A DNA stretch of 63,908 bases, the filler included, from Octopus bimaculoides (taxonomy: Eukaryota): the NCBI RefSeq assembly GCF_001194135.2. It is 7 parts of 7 records of this genome, joined end to end, with 100 filler letters (N's around TTAATTAATTAA, not from the genome) between each part and the next. Parts side by side here need not be neighbours in the genome. Positions count along the whole stretch, not along the records: positions 36,273 to 54,766 come from NC_068984.1; 6 more parts are not named here. The stretch is one strand, 5' to 3'. The stretch's first letter is position 1; each line of letters starts with the position of its first letter. A program made the translations under genes and the position numbers. Below are positions 37,044 through 50,715 of the stretch, one piece after another. Under the pieces are notes generated by a model, which worked only from the letters and a program-made list of their open reading frames with translations, ran no database searches and was not told where the DNA came from.

Positions 37044-39720
37044 CGTTCGGGTCATGAGAGGGGCAGAGAGCTGGACTGACCATTATCTACTGCCTGGCAA
37101 AGTAGACATTTCGATAATACCTAAAAATCGACAATCTGGTTCTAAGATACCCAAAAAGTTAAATGTTGCAAACTTTAAATTATCAAGCAACTTGCAAAGA
37201 TTCCACGATGCTATAGAAAGTATTAATCTTGACCCAAACAATCTATGGGAAGATTTCAAAACAAAAGTATTTCAAGCTGCAAGTTCGTCAGTGGGATTTA
37301 AATCTCATAAATCCAGAGATTGGTTCTTAGATAGATCAGCAGAAATTCATGATCTACTTTTAGAAAAACAAAACTTAGGCAATACACTGCTCTTTCAGTC
37401 CTTCAATCCCAACTCAAACGAAACTTACAGAAAGCTAAAAAGGAGAGTGCAAACTGCTCTAAGAAAAATTAAACAGGAATGGTGGAATGATAGGGCAAAA
37501 GGGACACAAGAAGCAGCTGATAGATATGATGCCAGGGGTTTGTATTCTTATGTTAGGGAGGTATATGGTCCAACATTTTCCTCAATAGCTCCAGTGAGAA
37601 CAGAAGATGAATGTTTTCTTCTGACTGACACCGCTTCTATTCGTAAGCGTTGGGTAGAACATTTTTCTTCACTTTTGAATAGACAGTCATCCGTTAACAT
37701 GAGGATGATAGAAAAAATTGAACAACTTCCAGTTATAGAAGAGATGGCATTTTAACCAACTCTAAATGACATTTGTTTGGCTGTGAATAAACTGAATAAC
37801 AAGTCTCCAGGGTCTGACGGAATCTGTTCAGAAGTCTTGAAATATGCAGGTGACAAAATGTTTGAACTCTTAGATATTTTAATTTGTCACTGTTGGAGAA
37901 GTGAGAAAGTGCCTCAAGACTGGATTGATGCCATTCTTGTCTCCTTATATAAATTGGGGCCAAAGGATCTGTGTGGTAATTTTCGTGGGATTTCCCTTTT
38001 GTCTGTGGTTGGAAATGCTCGCCCACATTTTGTTAGAACGTTTAAATACCTTTATAGTTCCAAATATAGTGTCTGTGTTTCAGTGTGGTTTTCGTTCCTC
38101 CAGGGGCACAGCTGATTGTATCTTTACTGTCCGACAATTACAAGANNNNNNNNNNNNNNNNNNNNNNNNNNNNNNNNNNNNNNNNNNNNNNNNNNNNNNN
38201 NNNNNNNNNNNNNNNNNNNNNNNNNNNNNNNNNNNNNNNNNNNNNNNNNNNNNNNNNNNNNNNNNNNNNNNNNNNNNNNNNNNNNNNNNNNNNNNNNNNN
38301 NNNNNNNNNNNNNNNNNNNNNNNNNNNNNNNNNNNNNNNNNNNNNNNNNNNNNNNNNNNNNNNNNNNNNNNNNNNNNNNNNNNNNNNNNNNNNNNNNNNN
38401 NNNNNNNNNNNNNNNNNNNNNNNNNNNNNNNNNNNNNNNNNNNNNNNNNNNNNNNNNNNNNNNNNNNNNNNNNNNNNNNNNNNNNNNNNNNNNNNNNNNN
38501 NNNNNNNNNNNNNNNNNNNNNNNNNNNNNNNNNNNNNNNNNNNNNNNNNNNNNNNNNNNNNNNNNNNNNNNNNNNNNNNNNNNNNNNNNNNNNNNNNNNN
38601 NNNNNNNNNNNNNNNNNNNNNNNNNNNNNNNNNNNNNNNNNNNNNNNNNNNNNNNNNNNNNNNNNNNNNNNNNNNNNNNNNNNNNNNNNNNNNNNNNNNN
38701 NNNNNNNNNNNNNNNNNNNNNNNNNNNNNNNNNNNNNNNNNNNNNNNNNNNNNNNNNNNNNNNNNNNNNNNNNNNNNNNNNNNNNNNNNNNNNNNNNNNN
38801 NNNNNNNNNNNNNNNNNNNNNNNNNNNNNNNNNNNNNNNNNNNNNNNNNNNNNNNNNNNNNNNNNNNNNNNNNNNNNNNNNNNNNNNNNNNNNNNNNNNN
38901 NNNNNNNNNNNNNNNNNNNNNNNNNNNNNNNNNNNNNNNNNNNNNNNNNNNNNNNNNNNNNNNNNNNNNNNNNNNNNNNNNNNNNNNNNNNNNNNNNNNN
39001 NNNNNNNNNNNNNNNNNNNNNNNNNNNNNNNNNNNNNNNNNNNNNNNNNNNNNNNNNNNNNNNNNNNNNNNNNNNNNNNNNNNNNNNNNNNNNNNNNNNN
39101 NNNNNNNNNNNGAACGCATGCCGAAACAGCTGTTTTATGGTGAGCTTGCAGAGGGGAAACGCTATCGGCATAAACCTAAAAAAAGGTTTAAGGATGGCAT
39201 AAGGACTACTATGAAGTCACTTGGAATGGTTCCAGAAGATATAGAAACCCTCGTTTCAGATCGAGTTGGATGGCGAACAAAAGTGTGGAATGGAATGAAA
39301 GCGTTTGAAGAGGCCAGGATAACGCTAGCAAGACTCAAAAGATATTTAAGGAAGAATGTAAAGATCGAGAAGGTGAATGACAAGGACCTTTTTGTGTGCA
39401 CAGTCTGTGACAGGCCATGCCTGTCTTTGGCTGGCCTCAAATCTCACCTGCGAACCCATGGAAAACCAACTTCAACCAACTATTCTGACTATACGTCTGT
39501 GCACACGTTTGAATGTGGTGTATGCCAGAAGGCTTACAAATCCAATGGAGGTCTTAAAAGACATGTTAAGATCCACAATGAGCAGAAAAATCAGAGGTGC
39601 AATCTGTGTGGGTTTTTTTCAGAACATTGTCTAGTTTAAAAAGCCACATCAGATGCCATGAAGGAGCTAAGGTGTAGGTACAGGAGGTGGTCAAACTCTG
39701 TGTAAGGAGTAGACAACCAA
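37044..39720 (+). mobile_element. RTE-like LINE of a second family with three C-terminal C2H2 zinc fingers; RT core hidden in an N gap
   Basis: ESWTDHYLL (end of EN), KSPGSDGI, NFRGISLLS, QCGFRSSRGTADCIFTVRQLQ, [gap], ERMPKQLFYGEL, then CTVC-x12-HLRTH, CGVC-x12-HVKIH and a frameshifted CNLC-x12-HIRCH. Confidence 0.85.
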
Positions 39721-39769
39721 CATATATATGTATATATGTGAGTGTGTATCTATCTATCTATATATATGT

Positions 39770-42131
39770 GTCACCGGGACAAGGGCCAGACATAGGCCAC
39801 ATTTGGATGGTGCTTTTTAAGTGTCACCGGCATGGGAGCCAGTCAAGGCGGCACTGGCATCAGCCACATTCAGATGGTGCTTTTTACATGCCACCGGCAC
39901 AGGGACTACGACTATAATTTCCATTTGACTGTGATTTAATTTAATTTAATTTTATTTTGATTTTGATGTACTTGACTCAATAGCTCTCCTCAAGCATGGC
40001 ATGTCGCGTATGATCCAAGGTACTTTTTGAGTGGGCTGGTTCTGCAAAACTGGTGTAGGTTACAGCTGTGAACTTACTTTATTTGCCAGGTCTTCTCAGT
40101 CACAGCATATCTCCAGAGGTCTGTCTTTCGTCATTGCCTCTGTGAGGCCTAATGTTCGAAGGTCATGCTTGACCACCTCATCCCATGTCTTCCTAGGTCT
40201 CCCTCTACCCTGGATTCCTTCCACTGTTTGGGAGTGGCATTTCTTCACACAGCTCTCCTTGTCCATCCATAGTACATGACCATACCAACGCAAATGTCTC
40301 TCTTGCACACCACATCCGATGCTTCATATGTCCAACATTTCTCTCAGGGCACTTACACTTTCTGCACACTGACATTACACAGCCAGTGGATCATGATAGC
40401 TTCATTTCTTTCAAGCCTACGCATGTCTTCAGCAGTCACGGCCCATGTTTCACTGCTGTGAAGCATGGCAGTTCGCATACATGCATTGTATAATCTACCT
40501 TTCACAGGCTATTCTTATTCTAGTGGTAACACTCTCTGAGCGTCAACCCCACCCCCACCTAACAGACTTGGTCACCTAGGTAGTGGAAGCTATCAACTCC
40601 TCCTAGTTTCTCCCCCTGGCATGTGATGGAATCTGTTTTCTGAGCATCTGTGGTGTTTATTGCCCCTGTGCATCTGCCGCACATGAAAGCTATCTTCCTG
40701 GTTAAGCTTCGTTTGATGTTGCTGCACCTCTTATGTGTTCATAGCTTACACTGGGTATATCTTATGGAGTTTCTATCTGCACCTTTTCTACAGATTGAGC
40801 AGGGCCACCTACCTGAAGGGGTGTGTGATGTGTTCGCCATCCTACTTACTAGAACTTTGATCTTTGCAGCATTGACTCTAAAGCCCTTTGATTCTAAACC
40901 TTGCTTCCACACCTGAAATTTCTTCTCTAGTTCTGCTATGACGGCCAGGTCATCAGCATAGAGGAGCTGCCAGGAGCAACCGGTCTTGAATCCCTGTATT
41001 ATTGCCTGGAGGACTATGATGAATAAGAGGGGGCTGAGGGCTTATCCTTAGTGGAATCCTACTTCTACCCGGAATTCTTCCCTATACTCATTGCCAACCC
41101 TAACCTTACTAACAGTACCTCTGTATAGGGCCTGCACAGCCCTTACTAACCATTTGTCAATCCCCAGTTTCCGCATCGCCCACCAGATAAGGGATCGCAG
41201 GACCCTGTCAAAGGCTTTCTCCAAGTCCACAAAAGCCAAGTATAGGGGTTTATCTTTGGCTAGATATTTCTCCTGCAGTTTCCGTACCAGGAATATAGCA
41301 TCGGTGGTGCTTCTACTTGGCACAAAACTGAACTGCATCTCATCTAAGTAGACACTCTCCCTAATTAGTTGGGCTATGATCCTCTCCGTGACCTTCATCA
41401 CCTGATCCAGCAGTTCGATACCCCTGAATTTGTTTCTATCTAAAACATCACCTTTACCTTTGTAGCAGTTGACAATGGTGCTGCTACACGTGTCATTGGG
41501 TATGACTCCATCATGAACTGCCTGGTTTACAATGCAGGTGACTAGGCCATAGCCCACACCACTAGATGTTTTAAGCATCTCAGCAGTGATTCCTGATGGG
41601 CTGGGGGCTTTTGCTGGCTTTATACCCTTAATTGCTTTATCTACCAGAGTGCTGTCTTTTCGGATAGCTGGTCCCTATACTGGGCCAACATCTGGCAGAC
41701 TCTCCTCCTCCCATTCATTCTCCACATCCAGAAGTCTTTCATAATGGCTTCTCCAAGCCTCTTTCCTTTCCAAATCATTAAAATCAAGTGCACTATTATC
41801 CATGCGGACACATTTCTGTCCTATGACAACACAATTTTCTCTCACACAATGTCTTGCAATCTGAAATACTTTGGTTCTTTGGTCCTCACATCACTGGACA
41901 TTGGCAAACTTCTTTACTGCTTCTCCCTTGGCTATGTATACCTGTCACCCAGCCTACCTTCTGGCTATCTGGTAGTTCCCTGCTACTCCCACTCTTCCAA
42001 GCTTTCCAAGCATGCTTCTTTACTCTAATGGTTTTGTCTACCGTATCATTCTACCACTACGTTACTCTGGAAGGGACTTTGCACTATCTGCAGACTTGGT
42101 CTGTGGCACTCAGTAAGCTGTTTTGTAGGAA
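39770..42131 (-). mobile_element. RTE-clade LINE, 5'-truncated and degraded
   Basis: Minus strand QFSFVPSRSTTDAIFLVRKLQEKY...AFVDLEKAFDRV, an LYADD region at about 40960, RHLRWYGHV...GRGRPRKTWDEVV, then the 3' UTR. Confidence 0.92.
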
Positions 42132-42159
42132 TATGTATATAGTTGGAATTTACAAAAAA

Positions 42160-42330
42160 AAAAAAAGACGAAGACAGATGTGTAGACAACAAACAGGTGT
42201 ATTAGTTTAACGCTCAGGAAGATGAGAAAGTCTTTTACGTTTTGAGCCTACACTCTTCAACAGAAAGGAACACAAGAAAATAAGCAGAGAGAGAATAAAA
42301 AAGGCTTTAGTGGCTAGCGGTCAATCATAT
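42160..42330 (-). mobile_element. Solo pLTR-like fragment (family P) with a hammerhead-like motif at 42232-42267
   Basis: Homologous to 20520-20660. Minus strand reads CUUU CUGUUGA A GAGU-GUAG-GCUC AAAAC GUA AAAG. Confidence 0.6.
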
Positions 42331-42484
42331 ATATACATGTGTGTGAGTATATATACATATATATATATATACACACTTATATATCTATATAAAGGTGGTG
42401 TGGTCCAGCATAGCCGCTGTCAAAATGACTGAAACAAATAAAAGAGAAGAATACATAAATATATATGTGCATATATATATGTGC

Positions 42485-42543
<59 letters not shown>

Positions 42544-42551
42544 CATATATA

Positions 42552-43328
42552 TATAATATGTGTCAATCATTCAGTATCCATGATAAAACTCCCAGTTCCG
42601 GATGTTGGGGCGGAAACCGCCGCCGCCATCTCTTCAGTTATCGGGCCATTGAAAAAGATGCTATGAAAATGACTGTTAAACAAAGGGAAATTATTGTGTG
42701 ATTGACTGTTATTAAGACAAAAGAGCTATTAGAATGACTGCTAAGTAAGGGAGTAAAAATGTTCATAGTAATCGCGTAAGCATGCATGTATATACTCAGC
42801 TACCCTCACTCGAAACACATACATGCTCACCTACACATTCGCCAAAAAATATATATACATACCTGCATACATGCTCGCACAAACACACACACACCCACAC
42901 AAAAAAGGTTCATACACACGTCTATATACGCACATGCACAAGAAAAACAGGGCCAAAGGCAAAATACAGAAAAATGTGTAAAAAAAATGTAAAAATTTTT
43001 TTTACACATTTTTCTATTTGCACATATTGACATGTGTATGAACCTTTTTTGTGCGCACGTGTATGTATATATATTTTTAGTCCCATTTTTATGTATATAT
43101 ATTTTTACTCCTTTACCTTTACTCCCTCCCCTTACTTAGTGATCATTCTAAGAGCTCTTTTGTCTTAATAACAGTCAATCACACATTCATTTCCCTTCGT
43201 TTAACGGTCATTTTCATAACATTTGTTTCGATGGTTCGATAACTGAAGAGATGCCAGCATGGGTTTCCGCCCCGACATCCAAAACTCAGAGTTTTATTAT
43301 GGGTACCGAATAATTGTTACATATTATA
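42552..43328. mobile_element. ~780-bp palindromic (foldback) element with a hammerhead-like motif in each arm (family F)
   Basis: Outer arms 42552-42770 and 43120-43328 are reverse complements. A perfect 20-bp central stem spans 42969-42988/42995-43014. Motifs lie at 42582-42642 (-) and 43238-43298 (+). Confidence 0.8.
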
Positions 43329-43348
43329 TTTAGATAAATTCTTCTCTC

Positions 43349-43748
43349 TCTTTTTACTCTTTTACTTGCTTCAGTCATTTGACTGCAGCCATGCTGGAGC
43401 ACCACCTTTAGTAAAGCAAATCGATCCCAGAACTTATTCTTTGTAAGCCTAGTACTTATTCTATCTGTCTCTTTTGCCGAACCACTAAGTTACGGGGACA
43501 TAAACACACCAGCAATGGTTGTCAAGCGAGGTTGGGGGGACAAACACAGACACAAACATATACACACATATACATACATATATACGACAGGTTTCTTTCA
43601 GTTTCTGTCTACCAGATCCACTCACAAGGCTTTGGTCGGCCAGAGGCTATAGCAGATGACACTTGCCCAAGGAACCACGCAGTGGGAATGAACCCGGAAC
43701 CATGTGGTTGGTAAGCAAGCTACTTACCACACAGCCACTCTTGCGCCT
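43349..43748 (-). mobile_element. tRNA-derived SINE (family 2), near full length
   Basis: Reverse-complement head GGCGCAAGAGTGGCTGTGTGGTAAG (A-box) ... GGGTTCATTCCC (B-box) ... CCTTGGGCAAGTGTC. Confidence 0.88.
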
Positions 43749-44735
43749 ATTTACATAATTTCAAGGTCTCCTTCATTCTTTTGTTGTCTTGCTATTTCTA
43801 TCAATATATATGTATACGTATATATAAAAAATACAAAAATGGGACAAGAACGCAAAACATCCAGACAGTAAGGTAATACAAAAAAGGGACAACAGAACAT
43901 CCAGACAGACGATACAAAGAAAACAAGGACGGGACATTTGGAGTTTTCTTTCCTCAGTCGAGTTCCAGATTATTTTTGCAATTTCAGCTTGAGATTGCTC
44001 CAATCTGGCCAGCCCCAAGAAAAAACTAAGCTAAGAGCATTAGATTCCTTGAAAGAAAGCAGCAAATGTATATGAAAACAAAGACGGAAAAAACGGAGAA
44101 ATGTCACACAAATACAAATGCAAATAATAGGACAGAATAACAGGTGTCTTTTGACTAAGGACGAACGAAATTAGGCTGGCGTGTGTGGAAGTAAAGCCTT
44201 ACGGCAGGGACATAGGATTTGACAGGTGCAGAGAGGAATATAGATGTTGCACAGATGGTAGTTGAACTAGGAAAGAAAGGTCAAGCTTGGCCAAACACTG
44301 GTCACATGGGGAGAGAAGAGAGAGAGGTAGAGGCAGAAGGATAGAAAAGTTAAGGAGGGGCGAGAAAATGAAAGGGACAGAGTGAAGTGAAAGAGGAGGG
44401 AAAGTGAGCATGAAGAGAAGGCCAGGAAATGGGAGAGAGGGGGAACGAAGGAATGAAGAGAGGAATGAACGAAGTAAGTGTGAAGGGGCTGATAGAAAGA
44501 AAGAAAGAACAAAAGAAAGAATAATAGTCGTACAAAATTTAGATATATATACACACACACATATATATATACACATATATATATGCATACATATACACAC
44601 ACAAATGTGCGTATATATGTGTATATATTTGTCTATGTGTGTATATATGTATATATATACATACATATAGATACACACACACACACACATATATACATAT
44701 ATATATATATATAGACATACATACATATATATATA

Positions 44736-47207
44736 TCATCATCATTTAACGTCCACTTTCCATGCTGGCATGGGCTGGACGGTTTGACTGAGGACTAGGG
44801 AACCAGATGGCTACACCAGGCCCCAATCTGATCTGGCATAGATTCTACAGCTGGATGCCCTTCCTAACCCAACCACTCCAAGAGTGTAGTGGGTGCTTTT
44901 ACATGCCACCTGCACAGGAGCCAGTCCAGCGGCACTGCCAATGACCTGACTTGAATGTTGTTTTTCACGTGCCAGTAAGGCAATACTGGTAATGATCATG
45001 CTCGAATGGTGCTTTTTACCTGCCACTGGCATGGGAGCCAGTCAGCATCCCTGGCAATGGTCACACTCAGATGGTGCTCTTAACGTTCCACTAGCATGGA
45101 TGCCAGTCAGGTGGTGCTGTCATCGGCCACGTTAGTGAATTTGATTTCGATTTCACTTACCTCAACAGGTCTTCGCAAGCAGAGTCTAGTGTCCAATGAA
45201 AGAAAGGTATGCATAAGTGGGCTGGTTACACCACTGGCATTGGCCACAGGTTATTGTCTGATTTGGCTTGCTGGGTCTTCTCAAGCACAGCATATTTCCA
45301 ATGAAATATGGCTTCATTCCTTGCAAGCTTATGCATGTCCTCAGCAGTTACAGCCTATGTTTCACTGCCATGTAGCATGGCTGTTCATACACATGCGTCA
45401 TACAGTCTGCCTTTTACTCTGAGAGAGAAGCCTTTTGTCACCAGCAGAGGTAGGAGCTCTCTGAACTTTGTCCAGGCTATTCTTATTCTAGCAGCTACAC
45501 TTTCAGAGCATCCACCCTGGCTACTGACTTGGTCACCTAGGTAATAGAATGTGGCAGAAGTTGTTCTCTGCACAATTTCAGTGTTTATTGCTCCTGAGCA
45601 TCTGCTACATACAAAAACTAACTTCCCAGTTAACCTTCCTTTGATATTGCTGCATCTCTTATGTATCCATAGCTTACACTGGGTACATCTTATAGAGTTT
45701 CTACCTATGCCTTTTCTACAGATCTACAGGAAGGGATTTGTGGTTTGTTTGCCTTCCTACTTATTAAGACTTTGGTTTTAGCTAGGTTGACTTCAAGGCT
45801 CTTCGATTCTAATCCTTGCTTCCACACCTGAAATTTGTCTAGTCCTGATAGTGACTCAGCAATTAGAGCAAGGTCATCAGTATAGAGGAGCTCCCAGGGG
45901 CATCCTGTCTTGAATTCCTGTGTTATTGCCTGGAGGACAATGATAAATAGGAGGGGGCTGAGGACTGAACCNNNNNNNNNNTTGAATTCCTGTGTTATTG
46001 CCTGGAGGACAATGATAAATAGGAGGGGGCTGAGGACTGAACCTTGGTAGACCCCTACCTCTACCCGGAATTCTTCACTGTGCTCGTTGCCAACCCTCAC
46101 CTTACTGATAATGTCCCTGTACATGGCTTGCACAGCTCTCATTAATTATTCATCTATACCTAGTTTCCTCATTGAGCACCAGATAAGAGATCGGAGGACC
46201 CTGTCGAAGGCTTTCCCCATGTCAACAAAAGCCAGGTACAGGGGTTTACTTTTGGCTAGGTATTTCTCCTGCAGCTGTCTTACCAGAAATCAGTGGTGCT
46301 TTTCCCTGGCACAAACCCAAACTGCATCTTGTCTAGACTGACCCTCTCTGTAATTAGTTGGGCTACAACCCTCTCTGTGACTTTCATTAGCTGATCCAAC
46401 AGCTTGATACCTCTGTAATTATTTGTATCTAATGCATCACCTTCACCTTTGTAGCAGTTGACTATGGTGCTGCTGCACCAGTCATTGGGTATAACTCCTT
46501 CATGTTGACTGGTTGACTATACGGGTGATTAGGCTATAGCCGACACTGCCAAATATTTTGAGCATCTCTGTGGTGATCCCTGATGGGCCGGGGGCTTTCC
46601 CTGTCTTCATACACTTAATTGCTTTATCTACCAAGGCACTGTCAATTTGGATAGCTGGTCCCTCTGTTAGGTTGGCATTCGGCAGACTCTCTTTCTCCCA
46701 TTCATTCTCTTTATTTAGCAACCTTTCATAGTGGCATCTCCATACCTCTCTCTTTGCAGCCTCGTTTAATCCAAGCAGACACATTTCTCTCCTACGACAT
46801 CACGATTCTCTCTCACACACTGTCTTGCAACACAAAATACATCAAGTCTTTGGTCCGCACGGTGTTGAACATTGGCAAATTCTTTTCTTATCTGCTTCCC
46901 TTCTGGCTAAGTAAACCTGCCGTCTAGCTTTCCTTTTGGCAGTCTGGTACCATTCCCTGCTACCACCATTCTTCCAGTCCTTCCGAGTCTGTTTCTTTTC
47001 CCTAATGGCCTTGTCAACAACACTGTTCCACCACCATGTTATCTTGGGTCGAGAGGGGACTTTGCACCATCTACAGATCTGGTCTGTGGCCCTCAGTAGG
47101 TTGTCCTGTAGAAACCTCCAGTTGTCTTCCACATCATGTGATGTTATAGCCCCTCCTATTTCATCAAAAGCTTTGAGTAATACGTCTCTGAATCTCTGTC
47201 CATTCGC
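44736..47207 (-). mobile_element. RTE-clade LINE, 5'-truncated, with (GAT)n tail
   Basis: Minus strand KTGKAPGPSGITTEMLK, GVYQGSVLSPLLF, LLYTDDLALIAES, FYYLGDQVS. The 3' UTR ends ...gtggacgttaaatgatgatga. Same family as 39770-42131 and 61910-62146. Confidence 0.92.
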
Positions 47208-47310
47208 AATATATATACATGCGTGTGTATGAGAGTGAGTCAGAAATTAATGCAATTTTGATTAATTTTGATTTTGTAACTCACACTTTATGTGTCTGTT
47301 TGTGTGTGTA

Positions 47311-47346
<36 letters not shown>

Positions 47347-47983
47347 CATGCGTGTGTGGGTATTCATAGACTCGGGGGGTTATGTCAGGTGAATATATAT
47401 ATTTAATACCATAGATTCCATAGGATTATGGCTGTTTTGCAATCTGTTTCATGTTGTATTAATTTCAGAATGGCAGAAGCTATGTGTAAATGTTTGCTCA
47501 GCATTATACAATATATTTACAAGTTAATGCAGTTAAAGAAAGCTAGTTCATTAGATTGCTGGAACATCATGGTTATCCCAACAATTCAACTCTAAATATA
47601 CTCACAGAATTTCCATGATGTTCCAGTGATTTGATGAGATAGCTTTCATTTTTTGCATTAATTTGTGTAAATACAATTGTACTGTACAAGTAAACAATAT
47701 TTCTTCCATACTGAAATTCATATTACATGAAGAAGGTTGCAAAATAGCCATGATCCTATGAAAGTCACATGGTTAAGTAAATATATATTTACCTCTCATA
47801 CCTTCTGACTTTATATAGTCCTCATGAAATAAGTTCAATAGATCAGATCCTCTGGATTTTCAACTACTCTACATTACACTTCTCTGTAATTGTTTACAAT
47901 GTGGAATGATAACCAATTTCATAAGAGAGGCTTTCTGTGATAGCTGCACGATTCTTGAATCCACATTTTATACTTCCCACTAA

Positions 47984-48039
<56 letters not shown>

Positions 48040-50319
48040 CCCTGCAGCAGAGGGTAAGTCTTGAGAAGAAAAGTTTATACAAAAATAAAAAAATATAAAT
48101 TTTTACTCCTAAAATTCATGTTTTTAATAAGAGATTGAAACACTGATATCTGAAAATTATGGATAAATAGAGAATTATGGACAATAACATAAAAACGATT
48201 AAGGTTTGTAAAAGCATTAAGATCTAGCCCTGTAATTTGAAAATTTCTACATTTAAATGTTTTGTGACAGTGATGTTCTAGAAGAACCCATGGAGTTAAA
48301 GCTCAAATATGAATAACCTATATTCCATAGATTAACACTTCAAGTTATGACTGTGTCCTCCTATGGATAATTATGAACTATCCATATATGATCAGCTCAA
48401 GTAATTATATGTTTGATTCAGGAATAATCAGTAGGTATCTTCAGATAGGTATCTCACATAATAACCATGTCCTTTCCTCTCTGAATAATACCTCAGTAAT
48501 GACTTTCTTCTCTCTCTCTCTCCTCAAGAGATAATAAGTGGCTAATTAATGACCAATCACAAATTAGTAGCTCTAGTAATGACTTCATCCTCTCATCATT
48601 TATAACAGACAAATTTCTCTTTGAATTTTTTTGCAAGTTTTATGATATTGTGTTCATACAATCAACATTTCCAACCAAGAATAAATTTAAGAAGCTGTAC
48701 AGGTGAGATGAATTGCACATGTATTTGATCATTATTAGCATCATGTAAGAAAAGATGCAGATAACATTGGAAAACAGACAAACAAGCCAAAATAAAAATA
48801 TTAATTTAGATTAGGGCAAGGATAATCAAAAAGTGAGAAAATAAAAAGGATAGAAAATTCAGAAAATTGAAGCTATAAGTTAAAAAAAAATACAAAAAAA
48901 TATCAAGGACCATAGCTTCATGTGACGGAGGGGTGGGGGTTACAGCATTAACCCTTAACATGTAGAGAGATCCTGCATTCCTTCAGCAAGGGTTTGTTCA
49001 GAACTGTCCACAACATTACGCATAAAATAAGCTTGTTGAACATCTGGTGGCAATTTGCAGGTTCCATCCCAATAGGCTTGATGGTATGTGTGAGACTGAA
49101 ATGATAAAACATTGACTTTGTTTAAGCAGTAAATGATGGAAATACTGAACACTTACCTTTGGAGGTGACAGTGAAGGATGTGTGCATGTGTGTGCATATG
49201 CACGCATACACACACACTTCCCTGTCAATTCTTTGAGCATCCTATTTCTGTTTCTCAATGTAACATGAAGCAGCAACAAAGTGAAGCTGCAGTTTTGAAT
49301 GAATAAATAAACAAACATGTGTGTATGTGTGTTGAGGAAGTTAGTCTCTACAACAGAAGGAAGAGACAGCAATGAGGGTGGTAAGGCAGAGTAAGAGAAA
49401 TGTCACTGCAAATAAAGTGTCTTATGTCTGGGGTACATGAAGGTTTACCATTCTCCAGCAGATGAATCCAATTTCTGCTAGCCTGAAATTATTAATGACA
49501 AAGAAATAAGCTTTCTAGTTTGATACGTTTAGCAAAAATTGTATGGTGGCAGTAGTGATGGTGGCAACAGTGCTGAAAGAGTGCATGTTAATATTTGTCA
49601 TCAATAATTTAGTACATTCAAAATCCTAATTTTTATTATTATTATTATTTTTGGAAGGGTGCATAAGTTAGAGAGCAGAAAGAGGGCTTGTACCTATAAC
49701 CTTTATAAAATGTTGTAGTTTCACTTCACTCCCAGCCCACTGCCAATATTTACTTCGGTTATAAAGAATTCTCAATTGTTGACACTCCATATTTTTTATT
49801 CCAATGTTTCTTCTTAATACTTATTATTGACACAAATTATATATCTAATACAAATTGAACCTACAGACTTTTTTTTTGTTTATTTAGTGCAGAGAAGAGG
49901 GAAAAGGTTAAAATGTATCTAGTATTTCAAAAATAGGGAATAAAAGGGGAATGTTTAGTGCAAGGAATGAGGCAAACGGAGGTGGGTGCATCAGAATTTG
50001 TAGACTGGAGTAGCAAAAAATCCATTGTGGTAGAAACAGAAGAGGCTGAGAGAGAACTGAATCAAGGCTTAAGTGCATTAGTCAGAGAAATTTACGTAGT
50101 GGTTAGATTATAGCAACAGTATCCCAGATATGAAAGCAATACAACAATATTGTCACACATTTTGCAGGTCACCAACTATTCAGAGCTGAATTATATTCTG
50201 GCTCTAAAGATGAAGTCCAGCCTTCTGGATGCAGGTTTTTGTAATGTTATAGATTAATGGTTGTCATGAAAAGTAATCAGAGATTTTGAATCCTAACATT
50301 GTAGAATGTTTGGAGGTTT

Positions 50320-50715
<396 letters not shown>

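Noticed and set aside
36901-37755. 284-aa ORF apparently joining 36273-36943 to 37044 onwards into one LINE
   Set aside because: It spans a 100-N gap. Both sides contain the endonuclease C-terminal motif (QHRLVV and TDHYLL), so they are different elements.
43931-43960. Hammerhead-like CUGAGGA..CUCC AAAU GUC on the minus strand
   Set aside because: GAAA is defective, stem II is partial and stem I is absent. Too decayed to count.
45910-46043. 62-bp perfect tandem duplication inside an RTE RT
   Set aside because: The two copies flank a 10-N gap and are identical, which is typical of an unmerged contig overlap.
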